A stretch of 64,000 nucleotides of DNA. Source: Eledone cirrhosa. Its lineage: Eukaryota. How positions within the stretch are numbered: position 1 is the first letter of the stretch; each line of letters starts with the position of its first letter. Shown one piece after another: positions 39,107 through 51,718 of the stretch. Both the position numbers and the translations under genes were made by a program. The stretch is from positions 304,978,001-305,042,000 of the forward strand of contig OZ024743.1 of assembly GCA_964016885.1 (NCBI GenBank), given 5' to 3'. The notes under the pieces are model-generated. The model was not told the DNA's origin, did no database searches, and saw only the letters and a list, made by a program, of their open reading frames with translations.

Positions 39107-41167
39107 ACGTAAAGTCTTGACAACGTTTCACAAATATAAACTGATATATGAGAAAATAGTTTATAAATGGGATTCATGTGAAATTGGACAAATGAAGGGT
39201 AGAAGAATAGCAGTATTTCAGGTTTCCCCATCTATATTAATTTGGGAGTAGTAAAAGAATCAAGATCCCGACGGCTGAGCAGCTAAAGCCGTTTCGACAG
39301 TTAGATCCGAACTCTTTTCTGATCTAGCTGTGAAAACGGCCGGAGCTCAGCCACTCTACTACCCTAAGTATCGAGTTCTCTGCTTTGTAATGGTCCACCT
39401 GGTTTCTTAACACACGCTCTTTTTGGTTAATTTGGGAGTATGAATGCTTAGCAAATGTTTTAAACTATCGAGTAAATAAAAACTAAAATTGATTGGATGC
39501 GTATTTTATGAATGAGTCTAACAAACATAAGACTTGTTATAGACCAATTGAAATTAAATTACTTCTCCAATAGTGCGCAAAATTTGGTAATCAATACGAA
39601 ATAATTAGAAACACTTTCCAAGATTGCACTGTCTAAAATATTATCTATAGTAATTTAAATTGTGAGCCGCAAATTCAGTACACATTTGTGGGTCATTGGC
39701 TATCGTACTAGACTAGGAAACTGGGAGTCATATGTTCGACTCCTGTAAATCTCAACACGCATCGCCTTTGAAGTAGTTTCTTTTCTTTTTTTTTTTTTCG
39801 GCATTGCTTATGACATCTACTTTCATTAAATATATAAGTTATGACATTTATTATTTATATTTATGCATGCATGAAGACGATATCCATTCTATCTATAGTT
39901 TACATAATATGTGTATCAGATTCTTTACATTCTACAATAAATGTTGAACGCTCCTGAAAATGATAGAGACATTTCATTAACAAATAGGGATAGTGTGAGT
40001 AAAAGCAAATAGTGGAAATTGAAAATACGATGCTATTGTATTGTTAAAAATGAAGGAAAGCATTCGCAATCACATCGAACCTTCTCTGTAGACGATAAAA
40101 TATAGCTTCACATATCCACATACTTCGTTTCGTTTATAAATCTTTCACTGCTTATATATAAAGATTTATTTTATTGATGAAGTAGTTAAAAGCAAATATT
40201 TCCATATTTAGATGGAGTCATTATTGCAGAATTTCACATGAGTACAGTCAACTGAGTTGACAATGAAATTCTTTCCAACAAAACCGTCTCTATCTTATGC
40301 TGAAATTCTTATTCTAGACACTAATTGTATTGCTGTCTAACCACCACCGTCCGAATTAATGTCTGCTAATGAAAGGTAACACTTTGAGAATAGCCATTAC
40401 CTTTGCGTGAAATGTTTAGTTAACTTCTTTCTTATGACGTCACAATAACAATTTGTAAATTTAGATTGGATGAATTCGTTTAGTTGTTATAGAATCGGCT
40501 GGAAAGCCCATATAATCATAATGGTGAGAGATGGATAGACCGGGTGACACAGTGATGGTGTAGATTTGGTTCGTTTGTATTCCGAGCTGGTATATACGTA
40601 TATATTTTATACAGCTCCATATTCGTTAAAAAATTCTTATTGCATTCGTATTCAAATATGTAAAGGCATATGGCTTAATAGTTAGTGATAGTGTGTAAAG
40701 GCTTCTTTCGGTAATTTGGTATGGAAATCGAATGCATAGGACATTTGTCTAACCTATGAATGCTTCTTAATTGTGCACTTAGTCTGTATCTCTGTATTTT
40801 CATATTACTTATATTTAAAGTCACATTACCTGTTTGTGTTTGTTCAAAGTAAATATTACTTTATAGTTTCTTGATATATTTGAGAAGATATCAAAGAAAC
40901 TATATAAATGTCTCCGCATATAATATATCATTGTATCAATTGCACTTATGCGTTCTCGCGTAATAGCTGCATTGAGTCTTGAACTAGACATGATAAAAAC
41001 TTAGACTGAGAGAAAGTTGAAAATATATATTAGGAAACGTCCATTAGAGAAAAATAAAATTCGTGATCGAATGAATTGAAATGACAAATTCTAAACGAAC
41101 TGATGATGACTAGAAGATAAAAGAAAATAAAGATATCAGATGAAATGTAAAAATGTAAATAAAACTT

Positions 41168-41254
41168 CGACGAAGATACGGACCGAACGGAACTAAAATT
41201 GTAAGTAAGCAATGGCTTAGGATTATACCGCCTTAGGCACTCGGCCACCTTGTC
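41168..41254 (-). pseudogene. tRNA-Ser(GCT)-derived pseudogene (copy 3)
   Basis: As copy 1. Confidence 0.78.
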
Positions 41255-43293
41255 ACGTAAAGTCTTGACAACGTTTCACAAATATAAACTGATATATGAG
41301 AAAATAGTTTATAAATGGGATTCATGTGAAATTGGACAAATGAAGGGTAGAAGAATAGCAGTATTTCAGGTTTCCCCATCTATATTAATTTGGGAGTAGT
41401 AAAAGAATCAAGATCCCGACGGCTGAGCAGCTAAAGCCGTTTCGACAGCTAGATCCGATCTCTTTTCTGATCTAGCTGTGAAAACGGCCGGAGCTCAGCC
41501 ACTCTACTACCCTAAGTATCGAGTTCTCTGCTTTGTAATGGTCCACCTGGTTTCTTAACACACGCTCTTTGTGATTAATTTGGGAGTATGAATGCTTAGC
41601 AAATGTTTTAAACTATCGAGTAAATAATAACTAAAATTGATTGGATGCGTATTTTATGAGTGAGTCTAACAAACATAAAACTTTTTACAGACCAATTGAA
41701 ATTAAATTACTTCTCCAATAGTGGGCAAAATTTGGTAATCAATACGAAATAATTAGAAACAGTTTCCAAGAGTGCACTGTCTAAAATATTATCTATAGTA
41801 ATTTAAATTGTGAGCCGCACATTCAGTAGACATGTGTGGGTCATTGGCTATCGTACTAGACTAGGAAACTGGGAGTCATATGTTCGACTCCTGTAAATCT
41901 CAACACGCATCGCCTTTGAAGTAGTTTCTTTTCTTTTTTTTTTTTTCGGCATTGCTTATGACATCTACTTTCATTAAATATATAAGTTATGACATTTAAT
42001 TATTTATATTTATGAATGCATGAAGACGATATCCATTCTATCTATAGTTTACATCATGTGTGTATCAGATTCTTTACATTCTACAATAAATGTTGAACGC
42101 TCCTGAAAATGATAGAGACATTTCATTAACAAATAGGGATAGTGTGAGTAAAAGCAAATAGTGAAAATTGAAAATACAATGCTATTGTATTGTTAAAATG
42201 AAGGAAAGCATTCGCAATCACATCGAACCTTCTCTGTAGACGATAAAATATAGCTACAAATATCCACATACTTCGTTCCGTTTATAAATCTTTCACTGCT
42301 TATATATAAATATTTATTCGATTTGATGAAGTAGTTAAAAGCGAATATTTCCATATTTAGATGGAGTCATTATTGCAGGATTTCACATGAGTACTGTCAA
42401 CTTACGTGACAATGAAATTCATTCCTACAAAACCGTCCCTATCTTATGCTGAAATTCTTATTCTAGACACTAATTGTATTGCAGTATAACCACCACTGTC
42501 CAAAGTAATGTCTGCTAATGAAAGGTAACACTTTGAGAATAGCCATTTCCTTTGCATGACATATTTAGTTAACTTCTTTCTTATGACGTCACAATAATAA
42601 TTTGTAAATTTAGATTGGATGAATTCGTTTAGTTGTTATAGAATCGGCTGGAAAGCCCATATAATCATAATGGTGAGAGATGGATAGACCGGATGACACA
42701 GTGATGGTGTAGATTTGGTTCGTTTGTGTTCCGAGCTGGTATATACGTATATATTTTTTACAGCTCCATATTCGTTAAAACATTCTTATTGCATTCGTAT
42801 TAAAATGTGTAAAGGCATATGGCTTAATAGTTAGAGTGATAGTGTGTAAAGGCTGCTTTCGGTAATTTCGTATGGAAATCGAATGCTTAGGACTTTTGTC
42901 TAACATTTGGATGCTTCTTAACGAGGCGAGGTACTTATATTGAAAGCCACATTACCTGTTTGTGTTTGTTCAAAGTAAATCTTACGTTATAGTTTCTTGA
43001 TATATTTGAGAAGATATCAAAGAAACTATATAAATATCACCGCATATAATATATCATTGTATCAATTGCACTTATGCGTTCTCGCGTAATAGCTGCATTG
43101 AGTCTTGAACTAGACATGATAAAAACTTAGACTGGGAGAAAGTTGAAAATATATATTAGGAAACGTCCATTAGAGAAAAATAAAATGCGTGATCGAATGA
43201 AAGGAAATGACAAATTCTAAACGAACGGATGACGACTAGAAGATAAAAGAAAATGCAGATATCAGATGAAATGTAAAAATGTAAATAAAGCTT

Positions 43294-43380
43294 CGACGAA
43301 GATACGGATCGAACGAAACTAAAATTGTAAGTAAGCAATGGTTTAGGATTATACCGCCTTAAACACTCGGCCACCTCGTC
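43294..43380 (-). pseudogene. tRNA-Ser(GCT)-derived pseudogene (copy 4)
   Basis: As copy 1. Confidence 0.78.
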
Positions 43381-44748
43381 ACGTAAAGTCTTGACAACGT
43401 TTAACAAATATAAACTGATATATGAGAAAATAGTTTATAAATGGGATTCGTGTGAAACTGGACAAATGAAGCGTACAAAAATAGCAGCAATTCAGGTTTC
43501 CCCATCTACAATAATTTGGGAGTAGGAAAAGAATCAGGATCCCGAAGGCTGAGCAGCTAAAGCCATTTCGACAGCTAGATCCGAACTCAGTTCTGATCTA
43601 GCTGTGAAAGTGGCCGGAGCTCAGCCACTCTACTACCCTAAGTATCGAGTTCTCTGCATTGTTATGGTCCACCTGGTTTCTTACCACACTCTCTTTGTTG
43701 TTAATTTGGGAGTATTTTTGTTAATATCGAGTAAATAATAGCTGAAATTGATTCGATATGTATTTTATGAGTGAGTCTAACAAACATAAGACTTGTTATA
43801 GACCAAGTGAAATTAAATTACTTCTCCAATAGTGGACATAATTTGGTAATCAATACGAAATAATTAGAAACACTTTCAAATATTGTACTGTCTAAAATCA
43901 CATCTATAGTAATTTAAATTGTCCGGCTAAAATTCTGTAGTCATTCGTGGGACATTGGCTAGTGTAGTAGACTAGGAAAACTGGTTTGTCACGTGTTCGA
44001 CTCATGTCAACCTTAACACGCATCGCCTTTGAAGTAGCTATTTTTTTTTTTTTTCGGCATTTCTTATGACATCTACTTTCATTAAATATATAAGTTATGA
44101 CATTTAATTATTTATATTTATGAATGCATGAAGACGATATCCATTCTATCTATAGTTTACATCATGTGTGTATCAGATTCTTTACATTCTACAATAAATG
44201 TTGAACGCTCCTGAAAATGATAGAGACATTTCATTAACAAATAGGGATAGTGTGAATAAAAGCAAATAGTGAAAATTAGAAATACGATGCTATTGTATTG
44301 TTAAAAATGAAGGAAAGCATTCGCAATCACATCGAACTTTCTCTGTAAACGATAAAATATAGCTTCACATATCCACATACTTCGTTCCGTTTATAAATCT
44401 TTCACTGCTTATATATAAAGATTTATTTGATTTGATGAAGTAGTTAAAAGCGAATATTTACATATTTAGATGGAGCCATTATTGCAGAATTTCACATGAA
44501 TACAGTCAACTTACGTGACAACTAAATTCATTAAAAAAAGAACCGTCCCTAGCCTATGCTGAAATTCTTATTCTATATTGCAGTATAACCACCACCGTCC
44601 GAATTAGGCTACTCAGCCGTTAATAGGCATAATGAAAGGTAACACTTTGAGAATAGCCGTTACCTTTGCATGAAATGTTTATAGAACTTCTTTCTCATGA
44701 CGTCACGATAACAATTTGTAAATTTAGTTTGGATGAATTCGTTTAGCT

Positions 44749-45064
44749 TATAGCGAGGATACTAGGTTGTATGAATGTAACAAAACGAGACATGGTTTGT
44801 GTATATAATATTTAATTAACGGTAGATAGAATACTTGACAGGTCAAAGATAGATGTTAGAATGAAACAAAGTTAGTAGTTACCGTTTTGATTGCCAGGCA
44901 AACGCGGCTGGCAGAGGACGCCTGGCTAAAGCCAGGGCGCCGGAAGGGCAATGAGAGAAAGTTAGCTTAAAGTTGTTAGTTTTATAGGGTTCTGACCGGA
45001 AGTTGCAGAAAGGGTTCTACTTCCCGTCTAGATCCCAACCAAAACAAGGGAGACAACCGCTACA
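44749..45064. mobile_element. Solo LTR (316 bp) inserted in one array unit
   Basis: Termini tatagcg...cgctaca (TG..CA-type inverted ends with one mismatch); 4-bp TSD agct (44745-44748, 45065-45068); absent from the other units. Confidence 0.85.
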
Positions 45065-45776
45065 AGCTGTTATAAATATATCTGACAAATGGAGTGGAAT
45101 AGAATCGGCTGGAAAGCCCATATAAACATAATGGTGAGGGATGGAGAGAGCGGGAGAGACAGTGGTGGTGTACATTTGGTTCGTTTGTGTTCCGAACTGG
45201 TATATATGTATATATCTTTTACAGCTCCATATTCGTTAATAAATTCTTATTGCATTCGTATTCAAATGTGTAAAGGCATATGGCTTAATAGTTAGTGATA
45301 GTGTTTAAAGGTGTCTTTCGGTAATTTCGTATGGAAATCGAATGCATAGGACTTTTGTCTAACCTTTGAATGCTTCTTAATTTCGTACTTAGTCTGTATC
45401 TCTGTATTTTCATATTACTTATATTTAAAGCCACATTACCTGTTTTTGTTTGTTCAAAGTAAATATTACGTTACAGTTTCTTGATATATTTGAGAAGATA
45501 TCAAAGAAACTATATAAATATCACCGCATATAATATATCATTGTATCAATTGCACTTATGCGTTCTCGCGTAATAGCTGCATTGAGTCTTGAACTAGACA
45601 TGATAAAAACTTAGACTGAGAGAAAGTTGAAAATATGTATTAGGAAACGTCCATTAGAGAAAAAATAAAATGCGTGATCGAATGAATGGAAATGACATTC
45701 TAAACGAACTGATGATGACTAGAAGATAAAAGAAAATAAAGATATCAGATGAAATGTAAAAATGTAAATAAAGTTT

Positions 45777-45863
45777 CGACGAAGATACGGACCGAACGGA
45801 ACTAAAATTGTAAGTAAGCAATGGCGTAGGATTATACCGCCTTAAGCACTCGGCCACCTCGTC
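45777..45863 (-). pseudogene. tRNA-Ser(GCT)-derived pseudogene (copy 5)
   Basis: As copy 1. Confidence 0.78.
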
Positions 45864-47060
45864 ACGTAACGTCTTGATAACGTTTCACAAATATAAACTG
45901 ATATATGAGAAAATAGTTTATAAATGGGATTCATGTGAAATTGGACAAATGAAGGGTAGAAGAAAGCAGTATTTCAGGTTTCCCCATCTATATTAATTTG
46001 GGAGTAGTAAAAGAATCAAGATCCCGACGGCTGAGCAGCTAAAGCCGTTTCGACAGCTAGATCCGAACTCTTTTCTGATCTAGCCGTGAAAACGGCCGGA
46101 GCTCAGCCACTCTACTACCCTAAGTATCGAGTTCTCTGCTTTGTAATGGTCCACCTGGTTTCTTAACACACTCTCTTTGTGGTTAATTTGGGAGTATGAA
46201 TGCTTAGCAAATGTTTTAAACTATCGAGTAAATAATAACTAAAATTGATTGGATATGTATTTTATGAGTGAGTCTAACAAATATAAGACTTGTTATAGAC
46301 CAAGTGAAATTAAATTACTTCTCCAATACTGGGCAAAATTTGGTAATCAATACGAAATAATTAGAAACACTTTCCAAGATTGTACTGTCTAAAATATTAT
46401 CTATAGTAATTTAAATTGTGAGCCGCAAATTCAGTAGACATGTGTGGTTCATTGGCTATCGTACTAGACTAGCAAACTGGGAGTCATATGTTCGACTCCT
46501 GTAAATCTCAACACGCATCGCCTTTGAAGTAGTTTCTTTTCTTTTTTTTTTTTTCTGCATTGCTTATGACATCTAATTTCATTAAACATATAAGTTATGA
46601 CATTTAATTATTTATATTTATGCATGCATGTAGACGATATCCATTCTATCTATAGTTTACATCATGTGTGTATCAGATTCTTTACATTCTACAATAAATG
46701 TTGGACACGACTGAAAATGATAGAGACATTTCATTAACGCCTCCATCCTTTTGAAGGAAAAAAAAAAAAAAATTAGTTTATATATCCTGGAAAACTATGT
46801 CCGGTTTAAAAAAAAAAAAAATCACAGACACTCCAAATTCACTATTCTCCTTTTACTTTGCTCCACTATTCAAATTAAATGACACGACGGTTCAGTTCAT
46901 ATTCAAATACCGTAAGCGCGTCCTTTGAGAATATCGTTACGATGTTTGCGAAAATGTAAAACAAATATTTATATCCCATACACAAATGTTGACTTTTATT
47001 TCTAGAAACTGTTTTTATATAATTGTCTGTTGGTCGATTTTGTATTTCGCTCTATATCTT

Positions 47061-50060
47061 CACCATTAACAAGAGGAAGGCAACGACGACAACAGTGTCA
47101 GTAACAACAACAACTCTACCATTAACAAGAGGAAGCCAACCCCAGCATCAGTGACTCACCACCAGCAACTAGGTCCTATGACAAACTGCTAAGTTGCTCG
47201 CATGTGTGCGTGCTGAACTTTGGGTCGTTCCGCTGGGAACAACTTGTTTTCTCACCCATCCATTCATTCACTCATTCATTTACTGCCATTCTACCTTCCT
47301 GTGACTCCCCCTCCATGCAGCCCCTTTTCGCTCTCGCTTTCTGGCACCTCCATATATATGCGGCCCTCTTACCAGCACTTTCCCTTCACCCACAAACGCC
47401 GGCAACCCACCCCTGATGCCGCTCGGTGCCCCAGTCCCCGGCCTCACACCCCATCCCCCACCCTCCAAATCGGGACCTGCAGCACTTGCGGCACCACTAA
47501 CAAACGGAAGAGTGGGCGGAATTGTTTGGGATGCGGCTGCTTCCACCACCTCACCTGCGTTAGCTTGACACGTCGAGCTTCCAATGCCCTCGCAGCGTGG
47601 AGGTGCAGGAGCTGCCTATTCCCCACGTCTTCTCAGCCACGGCCGCCTGGCACACAACCAGAAGGGACAGCGAGCTTTCCTGATGCCCGAGCCTCGCTGG
47701 TCAACATCGCTCGGCACAGGCGGTTCCGGAAGATCCCACTCAGGATCCCGAGAGCGGCACGGGTGCAGGTAGCCGATGCCTTCGCTTCCTCGATTGAGAG
47801 CGCCCTGGACTCCAAAGGTCTGGCGCTGACCGGGGCGCCGGTCAACAGCAGCCTTCGTCAAGGCCAATGTCTCGTCATTTTGTCGAGCTCCCATTCCAAG
47901 CGTGCCCAGGGGCGCCACACTCCTCACTCTCATATACTCCCTATCCTCCACCTCCGAGGCCAGCGCCAAGCATTTGAGTGACCAGGTAAACGCAAAGATT
48001 ATCATGGGTGATGTCTCGGCCGCAGTCAGAGTTGTTGCTTCAGAGGAAACTGTCCTCCAATCAACCGAGGAGGTCCTGGCTGCTCTGCGGCTCAAAAACC
48101 CTGAGCCACACACTGATCTCAGACCCATACCCCCACCCGACCCCCACTTGCTCCTTGTGGCTACTGATGCAGATATCAGGTCCGCCATCAGGTCCTTCCC
48201 AGCTAGCAGCTGCGGAGGTGTTGATGGTCTCCGACCAGGCCACCTCAAGGAGTTGACATCCCCCCTCTCCGCTGAGGCCGGGCGCCGCCTTCTGAGTGCA
48301 ATTGTGGTGCTCACCAATAGGCTCATCCATGGAGCCCTCGACGCTTACGTCCGAGTCCAGTTTTTTTCGGCTAGCCGCACCGCTCTCAGGAAGAAAGAGG
48401 GAGGCATACGCCCCATTGCTGTGGGTAATGTCTTCCGGAGGCTGCCTGCCAAGGTGATCTAAAAGTCCGTCACACACGAACTTGGTGAGGAGTTTAGTCC
48501 GGTGTAACTGGGTGTCGGCGTGTCCGATGGCTGTGAGGGAGCTGCTCATGCAACCAGGCAGTTCTTCAGCAGCTGCCCATCGGTACCGGCATCCAGGGAC
48601 TCCAGGCACCTCATTGTCAAACTTGACATGAGGAATGCCTTCAACTCTTTACGCCGGGATAATCTGCTCGAGGCCTGCCTCAGCCGAGCCCCCTCTGCCT
48701 ACCCGCTCGCCTACCGATCATATGGAGCCCCGAGCATGTTCCTAGCTGCTTATACGACCATACCCTCGGCTACTGGGGTCCAACAGGGCGACCCTTTGGG
48801 ACCCCTCATGTTCTCCCTTGGTATTGACCACATCGCCCGCAGTATCACGGCCCCTCTCAACGTTTGGTATCTGGATGATGTTACGTTGGGCGGGCCCGTA
48901 CGGACGGTCTGCCATGACCTTCAATCGGTGGTTCCTGCCCAAGCGGGAATCGGCCTTCAGGCCAACTCGGCCAAGTCGGAGGTGGTGAACGTTAGCGTCG
49001 ATGCTGCGAGCTTTGCAGCCTCCGTCTTGGACGTACGGTCCATTCTCTGCCAGGTTTAGGTGACCCACAAAGAGGATGTCCTCATCGTCGGGTCACCGAT
49101 CCACCCGCCGGCCATCCGCTCCACCATCAGGTCCAGGCTTCAACAGCTGCAGACTCTCACGAGCCGACTGGGTTTGAGTGACGGCCACCCAGCTCTCTTT
49201 CTGCTGAGGAACTGCTTCGCCATGCCGAAGCTCCTCTATACACTCCGCAGCGCTCCGTGCTACACCCAGACATCTCTCCTCGCTGACCTCGATACTTGTA
49301 TCCGACCAGCAGCCGAGGGGATCTGCAACGTCAAGTTTGACGACATAGGGTGGCAACAGGCCACTTTACCGGTCAGGTAAGGCGGCCCAGGCCCCCGGTC
49401 CCCGATCTCACTAGCTTTGCCGGCGTATCTTTCGTCGTAACACGTGCCGCATCCTCGTCAGCAGGGTTCTTCAAAATACAACAGAACCCTCTGTATTCAG
49501 AGAACGTGAAGCCGCCTGTGAGACGTGGGACCGGCTGGAACTTAGCCCAGTAGACGTCCCTCCTCCTTCTCCCCCTGTTGACGTCAAGTCCCCCCAACGC
49601 ACTTGGGATGCCATCCAGTGCAGCCTGCCTCTGACAGGTCCACGCGCCAACTCGACCAGCATCGCCTTGCTTGTTTTCGTGCGGCCCCCCAAGCCCCACA
49701 GGGGTGCCTGGCTCCATGTCCTGCCCTCCTTCTCCACTAGCACGCAGCAAACATAGCCTGCGAATCAGCGTTTCCCTGACGCTCGGCCTCCGGATATGCC
49801 AGCCACACCAATGTCGCTGCGGTTCCACCGTTCACTCTTTCGGCCTCCACACACTTTTCTGTCGCCGCAGTGCCGGCCGCATTCCACGCCATGCTGCACT
49901 CAACGAAGTCATTAAGCATGGCTTGGGCGCTGCAGGCTTCCCTTCCAGCTCAAGCCGGTGGGGCTGGATCGAGGGGACGCAAAAGGCCAGATGGCATGAC
50001 CATCTTCCCGTTCCGCGGTGGCAAACCCCTCGTCTGGGATGCCACTTGCACCGACAATTT
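47061..50060 (+). mobile_element. CRE-like non-LTR retrotransposon (PHD + RT + CCHC + restriction-like endonuclease), disabled and 3'-truncated
   Basis: C4HC3 PHD, GGVDGLRPGHLK, KKEGGIRPIAVG, KLDMRNAFNSL, GVQQGDPLGP, WYLDD, QATLPVR, CRCG..H..C and RPDG...WDATC; frameshifts and stops. Confidence 0.9.
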
Positions 50061-51519
50061 TAAAGCCGTTTCGACAGCTAGATACGACCGCAGTTCTGAT
50101 CTACCTGTCAAAACGGCCGGAGCTCAGCCACTCTACTACCCTAAGTATCGAGTTCTCCGGTTTGTAATGGTCTACCAGATTTCTTACCACACTTTCTTTG
50201 TTGTTAATTTGGGAGTATGCTTGTTTAGACAATGTTTGAAACTATCGAGTAAATAACTAAAATTGATTCGATATGTATTTTATGAGTGAGTCTAACAAAC
50301 ATAAGACTTGTTATGGACCCAGTGAAATTAAATTACTTTTCCAATAGTGGACAAAATTTGGTAATCAACACGAAATATTTAGAAACACTTTCAAAGATTG
50401 TACTGTCTAAAATCATATCTATAGTAATTTAACTACACATTGGTCAGCAGGGAATAACGTGTTTTCTTGGGCTCTGCTTGAGTCAGCAGCAACACACGCA
50501 ACCACGTGTTGCTAAACACACAGGGTAAAAAAAATAATCCCTGAAATACAGATATGTACATGTATATCTTTATATCTAAATATCGTTATTATTATTTACT
50601 GATGCCCGTCTGTGTTTATTGTGAAATATATGTTCATTAATATATGTACCTGTGTATATACATATAATTATGTGTGTGCAGTTTCCTGTGATTGAAAAGA
50701 AAATTTTTTGGAACTGCAAATTCAACACCAAACGAGGTAAAAATGTTCAACTTTTCCACATCCACTCTGTGATCTTACGCTTGGATTACCAATTACTCTT
50801 TAGTAGAGTAGTATATTATAAAAATAGCGCCACGAGTAACCATTTTAGCAGAAAGATATGATAGTAATATCGACAACGAGTAACATAATAATGATGTCAA
50901 CAAGAGAAATAAGAGATGAGATGGATGTTTATTTGTTGTAGTACAAAGTAATGTTTGTTTAATTGGACAGTCAAAGTTAAACATAAAAGGGTTATAATAG
51001 GAATGTGGCATTGTGCCAGGCCCAAGGAAGGCCGCCGACAGGCCAAAGTTCAAATCTCACCGTTACATATTGTTTGTGCTTGCGGAGCAAAAGAAGTGGT
51101 CTTTACCTTAGCATGGTCAAGCTGCAAGACAAAGATTTCTGAGCTGACGCGGGAATTTTTCCTTCAGGGCGTGTCGAGATACATTCTCCTACGCTGGAGG
51201 CGATTGGCTGAGCTGAGCCAAATAACGCACAGAGAATGTATCTATGAACCCAAAGGATCGTAGATCACTACAATACCCTCTTCCTAGTCGCAAGACAATA
51301 TATAACATTGAATCAGCAGGAAAAATGCTGAAAGAGCACATCAATGAAAAAAATTGAACAAAAGAATGCATGCAAGAAAAAAAATGAGGCGCTAAGGGCC
51401 GTGTTGAGCCGCTGTGTCAAATGACTAGCTGTGTTGCTATTTATACGTGACAACCAGGGGTCTAACAGAAAACGGATTAAGTCTGACATAGGCAAAGTTG
51501 CTGTTCTTGCATTAAATGT

Positions 51520-51718
51520 TGGCTGTTATGATAAGTGTTGTACTAGAGCTGTGGATGAAGCTGTTATGGTAGTTTACCAGTAGGTGTTGTCAATGATGGT
51601 GCTGTTTATGCTTTACCAGAGCTGTATAGCTGTTATGGTAAGTGTTATACCAGAGCTGTTATGGTAAATGTTATACCAGAGCTGTATAGCTGGAGCTGTT
51701 ATGGTAAATGTTGTAACA
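51520..51718. repeat. Degenerate short tandem repeat (agagctg..gctgttatggtaa.tgtt); mirrored at about 58600-58800
   Basis: Direct inspection. Confidence 0.75.

Larger units (their letters stand above)
36144..46738. repeat. Macrosatellite: tandem array of ~2.15-kb units (one internally deleted unit, four full units, one partial)
   Basis: The anchor tgacaacgtttcacaaatataaactg, or a 1-2-nt variant, recurs at about 36144, 36955, 39118, 41266, 43392 and 45875; units are highly similar with small indels. Confidence 0.97.

Noticed and set aside
36689-45857. Repeated 67-83 aa ORFs (MAECLRRYNPKP...) as a tandem gene family
   Set aside because: They start at GTG/TTG inside or beside the tRNA pseudogene, vary in frame and length among units, and have low-complexity composition.
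36857-45863. Functional tRNA genes (for example an anticodon-shifted CCT tRNA)
   Set aside because: Anticodon and T stems do not pair and the B box is corrupted; called pseudogenes.
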